From Candidatus Paracaedimonas acanthamoebae (GTDB lineage Bacteria; Pseudomonadota; Alphaproteobacteria; Caedimonadales; Caedimonadaceae), in the NCBI GenBank assembly GCA_000743035.1, contig CP008936.1, forward strand, positions 420,001 to 452,000: a stretch of 32,000 nucleotides of DNA, written 5' to 3'. The notes under the pieces were generated by a model. The model made no database searches, was not told where the DNA came from, and saw only the letters and a list, made by a program, of their open reading frames with translations. Numbering within the stretch: the first letter of the stretch is position 1; each line of letters starts with the position of its first letter. This document shows positions 21,897 to 31,320 of this stretch, piece by piece. Position numbers and translations under genes: made by a program.

Positions 21897-24800
21897 ATGG
21901 ACTTAATGTTACATTTATCCTTTGATCAAGAAAGACTATGGTATTTACAGAAACTTTTGCCAGAGAGCTCTTTTTACCACATACCCTTTAGCATAGAGTT
22001 GAGAGGGTATGTCTGCGTAGATTCTCTTTCTTATGCGCTGCGAGAAGTGATCAACCGTCATTCAATTTTACGCACGAACATCGTTGAGCAACAAGGACAA
22101 GCCTTTCAAGTAATAAAAGCCCCTCTTTCATCTTTTAAGCTTGAGAGAGTAGATCTTACAAGTTTGAAGGTTGAAGCCCAAGCAGAACAGCTTGAAGAGC
22201 TGTTGCGACTTAATGCTCAGAAGCCATTTAATCTAGCCTCAGATTCTCTTTTAAGAGTCTTGTTAGTGGCTTTAAGCGAAGAGCGGCACGTTTTAGCAGT
22301 GACCTTTCATCATCTTATTGCGGATGGATGGTCTTTAGCTATTTTTTGTCGGGAGTTGAGTGCTTTTTATAATCATGCGGTTGCAGGAGATGCTGTTAAC
22401 TTAACACCGCTTGCTATACAATTTAGTGACTTTGCGCATTGGCAAAGACAATCACCTGTTTCTCATCTTGAGTATTGGCTTAAGCATCTTGAGAATCCTC
22501 CTGCTTTGTCGACCTTCCCAACTAACTATCGTCGCCCTGCAGAGTTAAGCTATCGAGGACGCACCCTCTCGTTTACGCTTCCTGATGACCTTTTGCAGCA
22601 GTTGAAAGCATTTAGTGAGGCACAAGAAGTGACATTATTTATGACACTTCTTTCTGCCTTTATGGTGCTGTTGCAACGTTACAGTCAGCAAGAAGATTTA
22701 ATTATTGGTCTTCCTGTTGCGAACCGTTCTCATCCTGATGTTGAACCTTTGATAGGTTTTTTTACCAATACCCTAGCTTTTAGATTACAAGGGTTGGAAA
22801 GTAATCTAAGATTTTTAGAAGTGCTTCAGCTAACGAAAGCCACTGTTTTAGAGAGTTTTGAACATCAAGAAGCGCCTTTTGAGCAAGTGGTTGATCATTT
22901 GCAGGTACCTCGCATGTTGAATGCAAATCCTCTCTTCCAAGTCATGTTCTCGTATCAAGAGCAATTAGAGTATGATTTAAAGATGAAGGGAGTAAAAGCT
23001 TCTTTTAATCCGTATGAATTTTACCATTCAAAGTTTGATATCACCTTATTTTGTGAGATCAATAAGGGGAAGGCTCTCATTAAGATCGAATATGCGACAG
23101 ATTTATATGAGGAAGAGACGGTTGAGCGCCTTGGGGCCCATTATCAACAGTTGCTGACAGAGATTATGGCAGCTCCTCAAGGAGCCATTGGAGCCTTTGA
23201 GCTGCTGACCTCCTCTGAGCGTCAGAAGATTTTATATGACTGGAACAATACGTCTGCTCCTTATCCGAGTGATGTGTGTTTGCATGAGTTGTTTGAGGCA
23301 CAGGTTGAGAGGACACCTGATGCAATAGCAGTAAGGTTTGAAGATGAGAGCCTGAGCTATAGAGAGTTGAATGAGAGATCGAACCGTCTTGCACATGCAT
23401 TAAGAGCAGAAGGGGTAGGGCCTGAGGTTCTTGTTGCGATTGCTCTTGATCGTTCTTTTGAGATGATCATCAGTGTGCTTGGGATCTTAAAGGCAGGGGG
23501 GGCATATGTTCCTCTTGATCCTTCCTTCCCTGAAGAGCGGCTTAAGTTCATGGTCGAAGATTGCCAAGTAGAATATCTAATTACAAGTCTGAAATATGTT
23601 CAGAAGTTTGCTAACTTGATAGGAAAGATTTTCCGATCAGAGGAATTTGGTGAACTATTGTCCTTGCCCTCCCAAAATCCCAGCATTCTTACCAAACCAA
23701 ATAATACAATTTATGTGCTCTATACCTCAGGATCTACAGGTAAGCCTAAAGGTTCTCCAAATCTACATTCTTCTTTAGTGAATCGCATTGTATGGATGAA
23801 AGAACACTGTAGCATTATTAATACAGATCGAGTGCTACAAAAAACACCAATTACTTTTGATGTTGCTGGTTGGGAATTTTTTCTCCCATTGATCTCTGGA
23901 GCACAGCTTATACTCATGCCTCCAGAAGACCACAAAGATCCGCAGAAGATTTACGAGATTATTCTAGCTCAAAAAATTACAACCCTGCATTTTATTCCAT
24001 CGATGCTAGAGGCTTTTCTTAAAATCTATGATGTAAGCAATAACAGCTTACCGTTAAGAACTATTTGTACAAGCGGTGAAGCTCTTCAAAATAAAACGGC
24101 AGAAAACTTTTTCAAAATTCTATCTTCTGTAAAATTATTAAATCTCTATGGTCCTACTGAAGCAGCTATTGATGTCACTTATGCAGACTATCATTCTCAT
24201 TATAGCGCGTATGAATTTAGTATCATTGGAAAGCCTATTGCTAATACTCAGATTTACATTCTAGATGATAACAAGAAACCAGTTCCTATTAATATAAAAG
24301 GTGAATTGTATATTGGAGGAATTGGCCTTTCCCCTGGATATATTAATAACCTTGAACTAAACAAAGAGAAATTCATAACTATTCCTGTATGTTTGCATTC
24401 CAAACAAGAACAAGTTCTGTTCAAGACAGGGGATATTGCGAAATTTATGCCTAATGGAAATATACAGTTTATTGGAAGAGCTGATAATCAAGTAAAAATA
24501 CTAGGAGTGCGAATAGAACTCTCTGAAATAGAAGCCTTTATAAGTGAACATCCCTCTGTGGAACAGGTTATCGTCCGTTACAGCTCAGCAAGCCAAGAGC
24601 CTTCTTTGTTAAAAGCGTATATTCGTTTAAATGCAGTAAGTCTATCAGAAAGAGAAGTAAGAAAAGAATTAGAGCTTTATTTAAAGAAACATTTACCTCC
24701 TCATATGCTCCCAAATCAATATCATTTTCTCGATAACTTTCCTCTGCTCCCTAATGGTAAAGTTAATTTAAAAGCTTTGGATGGTATAGATCTTAAAGAA

Positions 24801-27800
24801 GAAAGGGAACCGCATGAGAGAACAGTTCCTAAGACTAATATCGAAAAAGATATTGCAGCTATCTGGTCAGAACTTTTAAGAAGAGAAGAGATCTTCCTAG
24901 AAGACAATTTCTTTGCTCTAGGTGGGCATTCTCTGCTAGCTGTTCAATCATTAGCGCGCATTAATGAAAAATATTGTGCCCAATTCAGTTTAAGGAATTT
25001 TTTTGAGTATCCTAATCTTGGTGAATTTTGCCAGTATGCGGAGTCACTCTCAGCCCTTCACAACAAGACCTTGCCTATTTTAGATCGCAGTCGACCAGGT
25101 CCTCTTTCTCCCCATCAGCGTGGATTATGGTTGCTTAACCAAATGAATCCGCTATCAAGCGCATATAATGTATCAGGCATATTTCATATTGAGGGGGATA
25201 TAGATATAAGAGCTTTAGAAATGGCACTAGAGCTATTAATCAGACATCATGAATCTCTAAGAACTAAATTTATTCTAGAAAGTGGCGAGCCAACTCAGAT
25301 TATCAGGCAATCGACTGATACAGTAATAAGCGTTTACCATTTAGAAGATATTACACCAATAGAGCAAAATGAGACGATACAATTCCACTGTCAGCAAGAA
25401 GCATCAGTACCTTTTAATCTTCAAGAAGATTTACTGATTAGAGGTAGGCTGTTAATTCTTTCACCAAATACCTCTAAATTGATTATTACAGTACATCATA
25501 TTGTATGCGATGAATGGTCGGTAGATATTATTTGTCGAGATCTATCAGTGCTATATAATAGCATTATAGAAAATGATACGCCTCAGCTTCTTCCTGCATT
25601 ACCATTCCAATTTGCTGATTTTGCGTTATGGAAAAATAAGGTACTAACAGAAGATAGGCTTAATCAACAACTTAGCTTCTGGCAAGACCATCTTTGCAAA
25701 ATTGCTTCTCCTTTAAACTTGCCTTTAGACTACCCAAGAGCAGCCCGAGAAGCTTATGTAGCAGGATATTATTCCCAATCATTCCCAATGCCAGGCTTTA
25801 AGAAGTTAATGAGAGAGCTCCAAACCAGTTTCTTTCAAGCAATGTTAACGGCTGCAGAAATTTTATTTTATCTTTATAGTAGTCAGAAAAAGTTTGCTAT
25901 TGGGATCCCGACGACTAATAGAGACTTTCCTGGTGCAGAAAAACTTGTGGGATATCTTGTTAGCATTGTCGCACTCCCTGCTGCTATAGAGCCTGGCGAC
26001 TCATTTATACAACTTCTTAAAAATACAAAAGAAACACTTTTAAATTCTTATGAGAATAATGATGTTTCTCTTGATATGATAGTTAAAAACCTAAATTTGC
26101 AGAAGACGACTCTTTATAATCCGATCTTTCAGATTATGTTTGCTCAAAAAGAAGCTAAAAAACCAGAGATACGCTTTGGTAATACTGTTGCTACACCAAC
26201 AATTAATATTAGTCATGCTCAGTTTGACATGGGTATATCAGTTTATGAAAAAGATAATGACGAAATTGAAGTCTCATTGGAATACTCTGCAGACTTATAC
26301 AAAGAAACCACAATTGATTCTCTAGTGAAGAACTATCAATTTATTCTTGAGCAAATTGTACAAAATCCCAATCAACTGATTCGTAACTTTACACTATTAA
26401 ATCTTGAAAGCAGGATGGTTAAACAACTGGATATTTATAGAGGTCCTCTCTCTCCTTATCCGAGTGATGTGTGTTTGCATGAGTTGTTTGAGGCACAGGT
26501 TGAGAGGACACCTGATGCAATAGCAGTAAGGTTTGAAGATGAGAACCTGAGCTATAGAGAGTTGAATGAGAGATCGAACCGTCTTGCACATGCATTAAGA
26601 GCAGAAGGGGTAGGGCCTGAGGTTCTTGTTGCGATTGCTCTTGATCGTTCTTTTGAGATGATCATTAGTGTGCTTGGGATCTTAAAGGCAGGAGGAGCAT
26701 ATGTTCCACTTGATCCTTCCTTCCCTGAAGAGCGGCTTAAGTTCATGGTTGAAGATACGCAAGCTCCAATCGTTCTTTCGTTTGATCGTAGTCTTTTAGG
26801 ATCAGCGTATAAAGGGAAGATTATTGATCCAAGGGAGGTCATAGCACAGGAGAGTTTATCGAGCAGTAATTTGAGGTCAGATGTAAAGCCTCATCACCTT
26901 GCCTATGTGATTTACACTTCAGGTTCAACAGGTAAACCCAAAGGTGTCATGATCGAACATGAAGGAGTTGTTTGCTTGATGCAAGGGTTGCAAGATCGTT
27001 ATCCTTTAGGCTTAGGAGAGACAGTATTATTACAAAGTTCATTCAATTTTGATGCTTCTGTAGAAGAGATTTTCTGGCCAATTCTTTTTGGAGGTACAAT
27101 GGTTATTGCTCCTCCTAAAATCCATCAAGACCTTAAAAAATTAGCTCTATTTATAGAAGTTGAAAATATATATAACGTTCGATTCGTTCCTTCCTTATTG
27201 GATGCATTTTTTCAGCAATCTGAGGTAAGTCGGTGCGCTTCCTTACGCCGCATTTTTTCAGGGGGGGAAGCTCTTTCACCAAAGACAAAAGAGTTAATTC
27301 TACAAACATTCCCCTTAGTTGAGCTCTATAATGATTATGGACCTACTGAAATAACCGTTAGAGCAACTACATATAAATGTAATGCAAGTAGGAATGAGAG
27401 CCTTATTCCCATAGGTCGTCCAATACCTAACAAGACAGTTTACCTATTAGATGAAACTTTGGATATGGTAGGGATAGGAGTAGTTGGAGAGTTGTATATA
27501 GGAGGAGTGGGGTTAGCGAGAGGATATATTAACCGCCCTGAGTTAACAGCGGAACGTTTTATTGATAACCCTTATGCAACAGAAGAAGATCGTCAGGCAG
27601 GACGGAATCTGAAGCTTTATAGGACAGGCGACCTTGGTCGTTATCTTCCTGATGGGACGATAGAGTTTTTAGGAAGAACCGATGATCAGGTTAAGATTAG
27701 AGGGTATCGTATAGAGCTTGGTGAGATAGAGTCAGCCCTTCTTCAAGAGAAGGGAGCGAAGCAGGTATTAGTGATGGCTGTTGAGCAAGATCAGCAGAAG

Positions 27801-28271
27801 AGTCTAGTTGCGTATGTTGTTCCTGAAGGAGAGTTGAGTAAAGAGACTTTAGGTCGAGATTTAAGGGTTGCTTTAGAGGGAGTCCTTCCTGAGTATATGG
27901 TTCCTCAGGCGTTTGTATTTTTAGAGTCGTTTCCTTTATCAGTGAATGGGAAGATTGATCGGTCAGCGCTTCCAAGACCTGACAGGAGTGATTTAACGAA
28001 TACTTCTTTTGAAGTACCTGAGACGGAGACGGAGCGAGTCCTTGCAGAGATATGGAAGGATCTATTACATCTTGAAGCTGTGGGTCGATATGACAACTTC
28101 TTCCAGATAGGCGGGCATTCTCTCCTTGCTGTGCAGATGATTATTAGTGCTAAGAAATATAACCTCCAGATCGCTCCTGGGGATATTTTTGAATATCCGA
28201 CAATTCAATCTCTTAGCGCTTTTATTGATAACTCTACTAAGCAAGAAGGAAATAAAAATGAAGCAGCTTAG
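21897..28271 (+). CDS. Non-ribosomal peptide synthetase, two modules: C-A-T-C-A-T
   Basis: 2124 aa. C1 is HHLIADGWS (nt 22308). A1 carries LSYRELNERSNRLA and LYTSGSTGKPKG. T1 is LGGHSL (Ser codon 24930). C2 is HHIVCDEWS (nt 25494). A2 carries IYTSGSTGKPKG, YRTGD and GRTDDQVKIRGYRIELGEIE. T2 is IGGHSL (Ser codon 28119). There is no E or TE domain. The protein begins only 7 residues before the C1 core motif, and no SD is visible. Confidence 0.95.
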   Translation: MDLMLHLSFDQERLWYLQKLLPESSFYHIPFSIELRGYVCVDSLSYALREVINRHSILRTNIVEQQGQAFQVIKAPLSSFKLERVDLTSLKVEAQAEQLEELLRLNAQKPFNLASDSLLRVLLVALSEERHVLAVTFHHLIADGWSLAIFCRELSAFYNHAVAGDAVNLTPLAIQFSDFAHWQRQSPVSHLEYWLKHLENPPALSTFPTNYRRPAELSYRGRTLSFTLPDDLLQQLKAFSEAQEVTLFMTLLSAFMVLLQRYSQQEDLIIGLPVANRSHPDVEPLIGFFTNTLAFRLQGLESNLRFLEVLQLTKATVLESFEHQEAPFEQVVDHLQVPRMLNANPLFQVMFSYQEQLEYDLKMKGVKASFNPYEFYHSKFDITLFCEINKGKALIKIEYATDLYEEETVERLGAHYQQLLTEIMAAPQGAIGAFELLTSSERQKILYDWNNTSAPYPSDVCLHELFEAQVERTPDAIAVRFEDESLSYRELNERSNRLAHALRAEGVGPEVLVAIALDRSFEMIISVLGILKAGGAYVPLDPSFPEERLKFMVEDCQVEYLITSLKYVQKFANLIGKIFRSEEFGELLSLPSQNPSILTKPNNTIYVLYTSGSTGKPKGSPNLHSSLVNRIVWMKEHCSIINTDRVLQKTPITFDVAGWEFFLPLISGAQLILMPPEDHKDPQKIYEIILAQKITTLHFIPSMLEAFLKIYDVSNNSLPLRTICTSGEALQNKTAENFFKILSSVKLLNLYGPTEAAIDVTYADYHSHYSAYEFSIIGKPIANTQIYILDDNKKPVPINIKGELYIGGIGLSPGYINNLELNKEKFITIPVCLHSKQEQVLFKTGDIAKFMPNGNIQFIGRADNQVKILGVRIELSEIEAFISEHPSVEQVIVRYSSASQEPSLLKAYIRLNAVSLSEREVRKELELYLKKHLPPHMLPNQYHFLDNFPLLPNGKVNLKALDGIDLKEEREPHERTVPKTNIEKDIAAIWSELLRREEIFLEDNFFALGGHSLLAVQSLARINEKYCAQFSLRNFFEYPNLGEFCQYAESLSALHNKTLPILDRSRPGPLSPHQRGLWLLNQMNPLSSAYNVSGIFHIEGDIDIRALEMALELLIRHHESLRTKFILESGEPTQIIRQSTDTVISVYHLEDITPIEQNETIQFHCQQEASVPFNLQEDLLIRGRLLILSPNTSKLIITVHHIVCDEWSVDIICRDLSVLYNSIIENDTPQLLPALPFQFADFALWKNKVLTEDRLNQQLSFWQDHLCKIASPLNLPLDYPRAAREAYVAGYYSQSFPMPGFKKLMRELQTSFFQAMLTAAEILFYLYSSQKKFAIGIPTTNRDFPGAEKLVGYLVSIVALPAAIEPGDSFIQLLKNTKETLLNSYENNDVSLDMIVKNLNLQKTTLYNPIFQIMFAQKEAKKPEIRFGNTVATPTINISHAQFDMGISVYEKDNDEIEVSLEYSADLYKETTIDSLVKNYQFILEQIVQNPNQLIRNFTLLNLESRMVKQLDIYRGPLSPYPSDVCLHELFEAQVERTPDAIAVRFEDENLSYRELNERSNRLAHALRAEGVGPEVLVAIALDRSFEMIISVLGILKAGGAYVPLDPSFPEERLKFMVEDTQAPIVLSFDRSLLGSAYKGKIIDPREVIAQESLSSSNLRSDVKPHHLAYVIYTSGSTGKPKGVMIEHEGVVCLMQGLQDRYPLGLGETVLLQSSFNFDASVEEIFWPILFGGTMVIAPPKIHQDLKKLALFIEVENIYNVRFVPSLLDAFFQQSEVSRCASLRRIFSGGEALSPKTKELILQTFPLVELYNDYGPTEITVRATTYKCNASRNESLIPIGRPIPNKTVYLLDETLDMVGIGVVGELYIGGVGLARGYINRPELTAERFIDNPYATEEDRQAGRNLKLYRTGDLGRYLPDGTIEFLGRTDDQVKIRGYRIELGEIESALLQEKGAKQVLVMAVEQDQQKSLVAYVVPEGELSKETLGRDLRVALEGVLPEYMVPQAFVFLESFPLSVNGKIDRSALPRPDRSDLTNTSFEVPETETERVLAEIWKDLLHLEAVGRYDNFFQIGGHSLLAVQMIISAKKYNLQIAPGDIFEYPTIQSLSAFIDNSTKQEGNKNEAA
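21975..22424 (+). repeat. NRPS internal repeat R3, copy a (C domain at the start of NRPS-1)
   Basis: Homologous to 31551-32000 at an offset of exactly 9576 bp (3 x 3192). The match is 100% identical by eye from 22044/31620 to the window end (about 380 bp). It is roughly 90% identical in the preceding 70 bp and weaker back to about 21915/31491. Confidence 0.9.
23257..23561 (+). repeat. NRPS internal repeat R1, copy a (N-terminal part of A domain 1, cores A1-A2)
   Basis: 305 bp, near-identical (about 6 mismatches by eye) to 26452-26756. The offset is 3195 bp (3 x 1065). Confidence 0.9.
26452..26756 (+). repeat. NRPS internal repeat R1, copy b (N-terminal part of A domain 2)
   Basis: Encodes PYPSDVCLHELFEAQVERTPDAIAVRFEDE(S/N)LSYRELNERSNRLAHALRAEGVGPEVLVAIALDRSFEMIISVLGILKAGGAYVPLDPSFPEERLKFMVED in both copies. 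Confidence 0.9.
27450..28110 (+). repeat. NRPS internal repeat R2, copy a (A domain 2 from core A6 to the T-domain start)
   Basis: 661 bp, apparently identical to 30631-31291 (offset 3181 bp). The encoded 220 aa are identical in the ORF track. Similarity continues about 30 bp further across a 1-nt indel. Confidence 0.9.
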
Positions 28272-31200
28272 TATAGATTCCTCTAACTCCCTTTCGTCTT
28301 TCCCTTTAAGTTATGGTCAGAAAGGGATCTTGTTTCTTGAACAGCTATCGCCAGGAACTGCCACATTTAACATTCCTTTGGTTTTTTCTTTAAAAGGAGA
28401 ATTAAATAAAAAAGCGCTTATTCATAGTTTAAAAAACTTATGGGAACGGCACACAATGCTAAGAAGCGTTATAAGTATAGGGGATGAGCAGGGCTTTATA
28501 TTATCTAAAACAGATTTTGCAAGAACATTTCATGAAATATCCTTTTTAAAAAGCGGCAATGCAATAGAAGAACCTTCTGTTCAAGAGCTTATTCATCAAG
28601 AAATTTCCAAGCCATTTAATCTCAAAGAGGGGCCACTATTTCGCTGTAAATTAATTGAGTTAAAGCCTAATCTTCATATTCTGGTAATAACCCTACATCA
28701 TATCATCTGTGACGGTTGGTCAGTTGCAATTTTATGTAAAGAATTAGCAAAGTGTTATAATGATGCTGTGCTAGATGTTTCATCTTACTTACCTGATAAT
28801 GTATTTCAATATGGTGACTATATTGAAGAGCAAAATAAGAAAATTGCAAACGGTGATTATAATGAACATCTCAATTATTGGGAGTCAGTTTTAAGAGACT
28901 TTCCTCCCTCTCTAGATTTGCCTTATACAAAGTATAAGGGAACCTCTACAACAGCAAAAGGGGCAGTTGCAGGAAATAGTATTATTCCCTCTGAGTTGAG
29001 AAATGATTTTGCTCGTTTTTGTCATGAGCACAAAGTAACATCATTTACAGTTTTGTTGAGTGCTTTTATTGTGCTTCTTTATCGACATACTTTCCAGCGT
29101 GATATTATTGTAGGTGTTCCTTTTGCTCATAGATACGATGAACGAATAGAAAATATGGTAGGGTTTCTGGTTAACAGCCTGCCTATTCGTGTGTCTTTAG
29201 ACGATAATATGGATTTTATTAAAGTCTTAACATTAGTTGGTCAGAACCTCGCAAAGGCACAAAAATATATAGATCTCCCTTTTGAATATGTATTAGAAAA
29301 AGTGAGCTCTGCAAAGAACCAACCCTTTTACCAGATTCTTTTTTTACAGGATGATGCTTTAAATCAGTCACTCAATTTAGAAAAATTAGAATGCGAGGTT
29401 CTACTATTTCATACACAAACTGTAAAAACAGAACTCTCTATAGCTGTTAATACGAATCCGTCTGCTCCTAAGATAGGAATAGAGTATGCAGAGGACTTAT
29501 TTTCTCGAGAAATAGTTGAATGCATTTATGAGCATTATCTTCATCTAATAAGCGAAGCTATGAAGCATCCTTATGAGCCAATTAAAGGTTTAGCCATCAC
29601 AAGCATCAATGAAGGTAAGAAACTTGTAAATAATCTGCAAGAGGCATCCTATCCAATTTACCAAAATACTTATGAACTTTTTAAAGAAAGCGTGAAAAAA
29701 TTTCCGCACGAGGTAGCAACTGTATATTCAGATATTAGTCTTACTTATGCAGAATTAAGTCAGCAGGTTGATCAGCGTGCACAGGCATTTAGTGAGAGGG
29801 GTATTAATGAAGGACATATAGTTGCTATAATACAGCAACGATCTTTAGAGGCTCTCGTCAATTTATTGGCGCTTTTTAAATTGCGGGCAGTTTATGTTCC
29901 GATAGATCCTAGCGTACCTCAAGCACGACTTAACTTTGTTTTAAAAGATGCGTCTGTTAATTTCATTGTTGCCGATTGTATTTTAAGAGATAGCATTAAT
30001 CCAGACCTAAATATTGTCTTTCTCTCAAGTAAGGAACTAAGTAAGAGTCCTGCTAGTATTGATAGAACCTTAGCAGAAAGAGACCGGTTTAACTCTCAGG
30101 ATCCAGCATACATTTTATACACCTCAGGTTCGACAGGGCAGCCTAAGGGGGCACTTATTTCGCATGAAAGTTTAATCAATTGTGTCTTTGCTACGCGTGA
30201 TGCTTGTCATATTGATTCAACACATACATTCATTGCTGTAACTTCTTTGACTTTTGATGTTAGCCTACTCGATTATTTTCTTCCTCTGACAGTGGGTGGT
30301 AAAGTCGTAATAGTTCCACAAGGGCAAGAAAAGCTAGATTATGAGGTTTGGAACATTATCAAAGACCATAAGAAAGTTGCAATACAGGGAACCTCTAGTT
30401 TTTGGCAGCTATTATTTGCAAGGTCAGTCTCTATAAGTGACAAGCTTCTTATTTTAATTGCTGGAGAAGCTCTTAAAATATCTCTTGTGAGAAAACTACT
30501 GCCGTATGGAGAGATATACAACCTTTATGGTCCTACAGAAGGGACGATTTATGCCAGTGCTCAATATATTCATGATGAGAGTCTAATCACTATTGGCAAA
30601 CCTTTGGCTAATATACAGCTTTACCTTCTTGATGAAACTTTGGATATGGTAGGGATAGGAGTAGTTGGAGAGTTGTATATAGGAGGAGTGGGGTTAGCGA
30701 GAGGATATATTAACCGCCCTGAGTTAACAGCGGAACGTTTTATTGATAACCCTTATGCAACAGAAGAAGATCGTCAGGCAGGACGGAATCTGAAGCTTTA
30801 TAGGACAGGCGACCTTGGTCGTTATCTTCCTGATGGGACGATAGAGTTTTTAGGAAGAACCGATGATCAGGTTAAGATTAGAGGGTATCGTATAGAGCTT
30901 GGTGAGATAGAGTCAGCCCTTCTTCAAGAGAAGGGAGCGAAGCAGGTATTAGTGATGGCTGTTGAGCAAGATCAGCAGAAGAGTCTAGTTGCGTATGTTG
31001 TTCCTGAAGGAGAGTTGAGTAAAGAGACTTTAGGTCGAGATTTAAGGGTTGCTTTAGAGGGAGTCCTTCCTGAGTATATGGTTCCTCAGGCGTTTGTATT
31101 TTTAGAGTCGTTTCCTTTATCAGTGAATGGGAAGATTGATCGGTCAGCGCTTCCAAGACCTGACAGGAGTGATTTAACGAATACTTCTTTTGAAGTACCT

Positions 31201-31320
31201 GAGACGGAGACGGAGCGAGTCCTTGCAGAGATATGGAAGGATCTATTACATCTTGAAGCTGTGGGTCGATATGACAACTTCTTCCAGATAGGGGACATTC
31301 TCTCCTTGCCGTGCAGATGA
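28258..31320 (+). CDS. Non-ribosomal peptide synthetase module C-A-(T), terminated by a frameshift inside the T-domain core motif
   Basis: The ORF-track start at 28147 overlaps NRPS-1. I prefer ATG 28258 (MKQLSIDSS..., AAGGA RBS), which gives a 14-nt overlap with the NRPS-1 stop. The C domain has HHIICDGWS and the A domain has ILYTSGSTGQPKG. The C-terminus reads NFFQIGDILSLPCR* where the paralogous module reads NFFQIGGHSLLAVQM. Confidence 0.85.
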   Translation: MKQLSIDSSNSLSSFPLSYGQKGILFLEQLSPGTATFNIPLVFSLKGELNKKALIHSLKNLWERHTMLRSVISIGDEQGFILSKTDFARTFHEISFLKSGNAIEEPSVQELIHQEISKPFNLKEGPLFRCKLIELKPNLHILVITLHHIICDGWSVAILCKELAKCYNDAVLDVSSYLPDNVFQYGDYIEEQNKKIANGDYNEHLNYWESVLRDFPPSLDLPYTKYKGTSTTAKGAVAGNSIIPSELRNDFARFCHEHKVTSFTVLLSAFIVLLYRHTFQRDIIVGVPFAHRYDERIENMVGFLVNSLPIRVSLDDNMDFIKVLTLVGQNLAKAQKYIDLPFEYVLEKVSSAKNQPFYQILFLQDDALNQSLNLEKLECEVLLFHTQTVKTELSIAVNTNPSAPKIGIEYAEDLFSREIVECIYEHYLHLISEAMKHPYEPIKGLAITSINEGKKLVNNLQEASYPIYQNTYELFKESVKKFPHEVATVYSDISLTYAELSQQVDQRAQAFSERGINEGHIVAIIQQRSLEALVNLLALFKLRAVYVPIDPSVPQARLNFVLKDASVNFIVADCILRDSINPDLNIVFLSSKELSKSPASIDRTLAERDRFNSQDPAYILYTSGSTGQPKGALISHESLINCVFATRDACHIDSTHTFIAVTSLTFDVSLLDYFLPLTVGGKVVIVPQGQEKLDYEVWNIIKDHKKVAIQGTSSFWQLLFARSVSISDKLLILIAGEALKISLVRKLLPYGEIYNLYGPTEGTIYASAQYIHDESLITIGKPLANIQLYLLDETLDMVGIGVVGELYIGGVGLARGYINRPELTAERFIDNPYATEEDRQAGRNLKLYRTGDLGRYLPDGTIEFLGRTDDQVKIRGYRIELGEIESALLQEKGAKQVLVMAVEQDQQKSLVAYVVPEGELSKETLGRDLRVALEGVLPEYMVPQAFVFLESFPLSVNGKIDRSALPRPDRSDLTNTSFEVPETETERVLAEIWKDLLHLEAVGRYDNFFQIGDILSLPCR
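30631..31291 (+). repeat. NRPS internal repeat R2, copy b (A domain 3 from core A6 to the T-domain start)
   Basis: Same as copy a. The identical 92-aa antisense shadow ORFs (27697..27975 and 30878..31156) confirm DNA identity. Confidence 0.9.

Noticed and set aside
28147-28257. Upstream extension of NRPS-2 (MLRNITSRSLLGIFLNIRQFNLL...)
   Set aside because: This stretch is the out-of-frame reading of the NRPS-1 T-domain 3' end. ATG 28258 with an AAGGA RBS starts right before the C-domain N-terminus.
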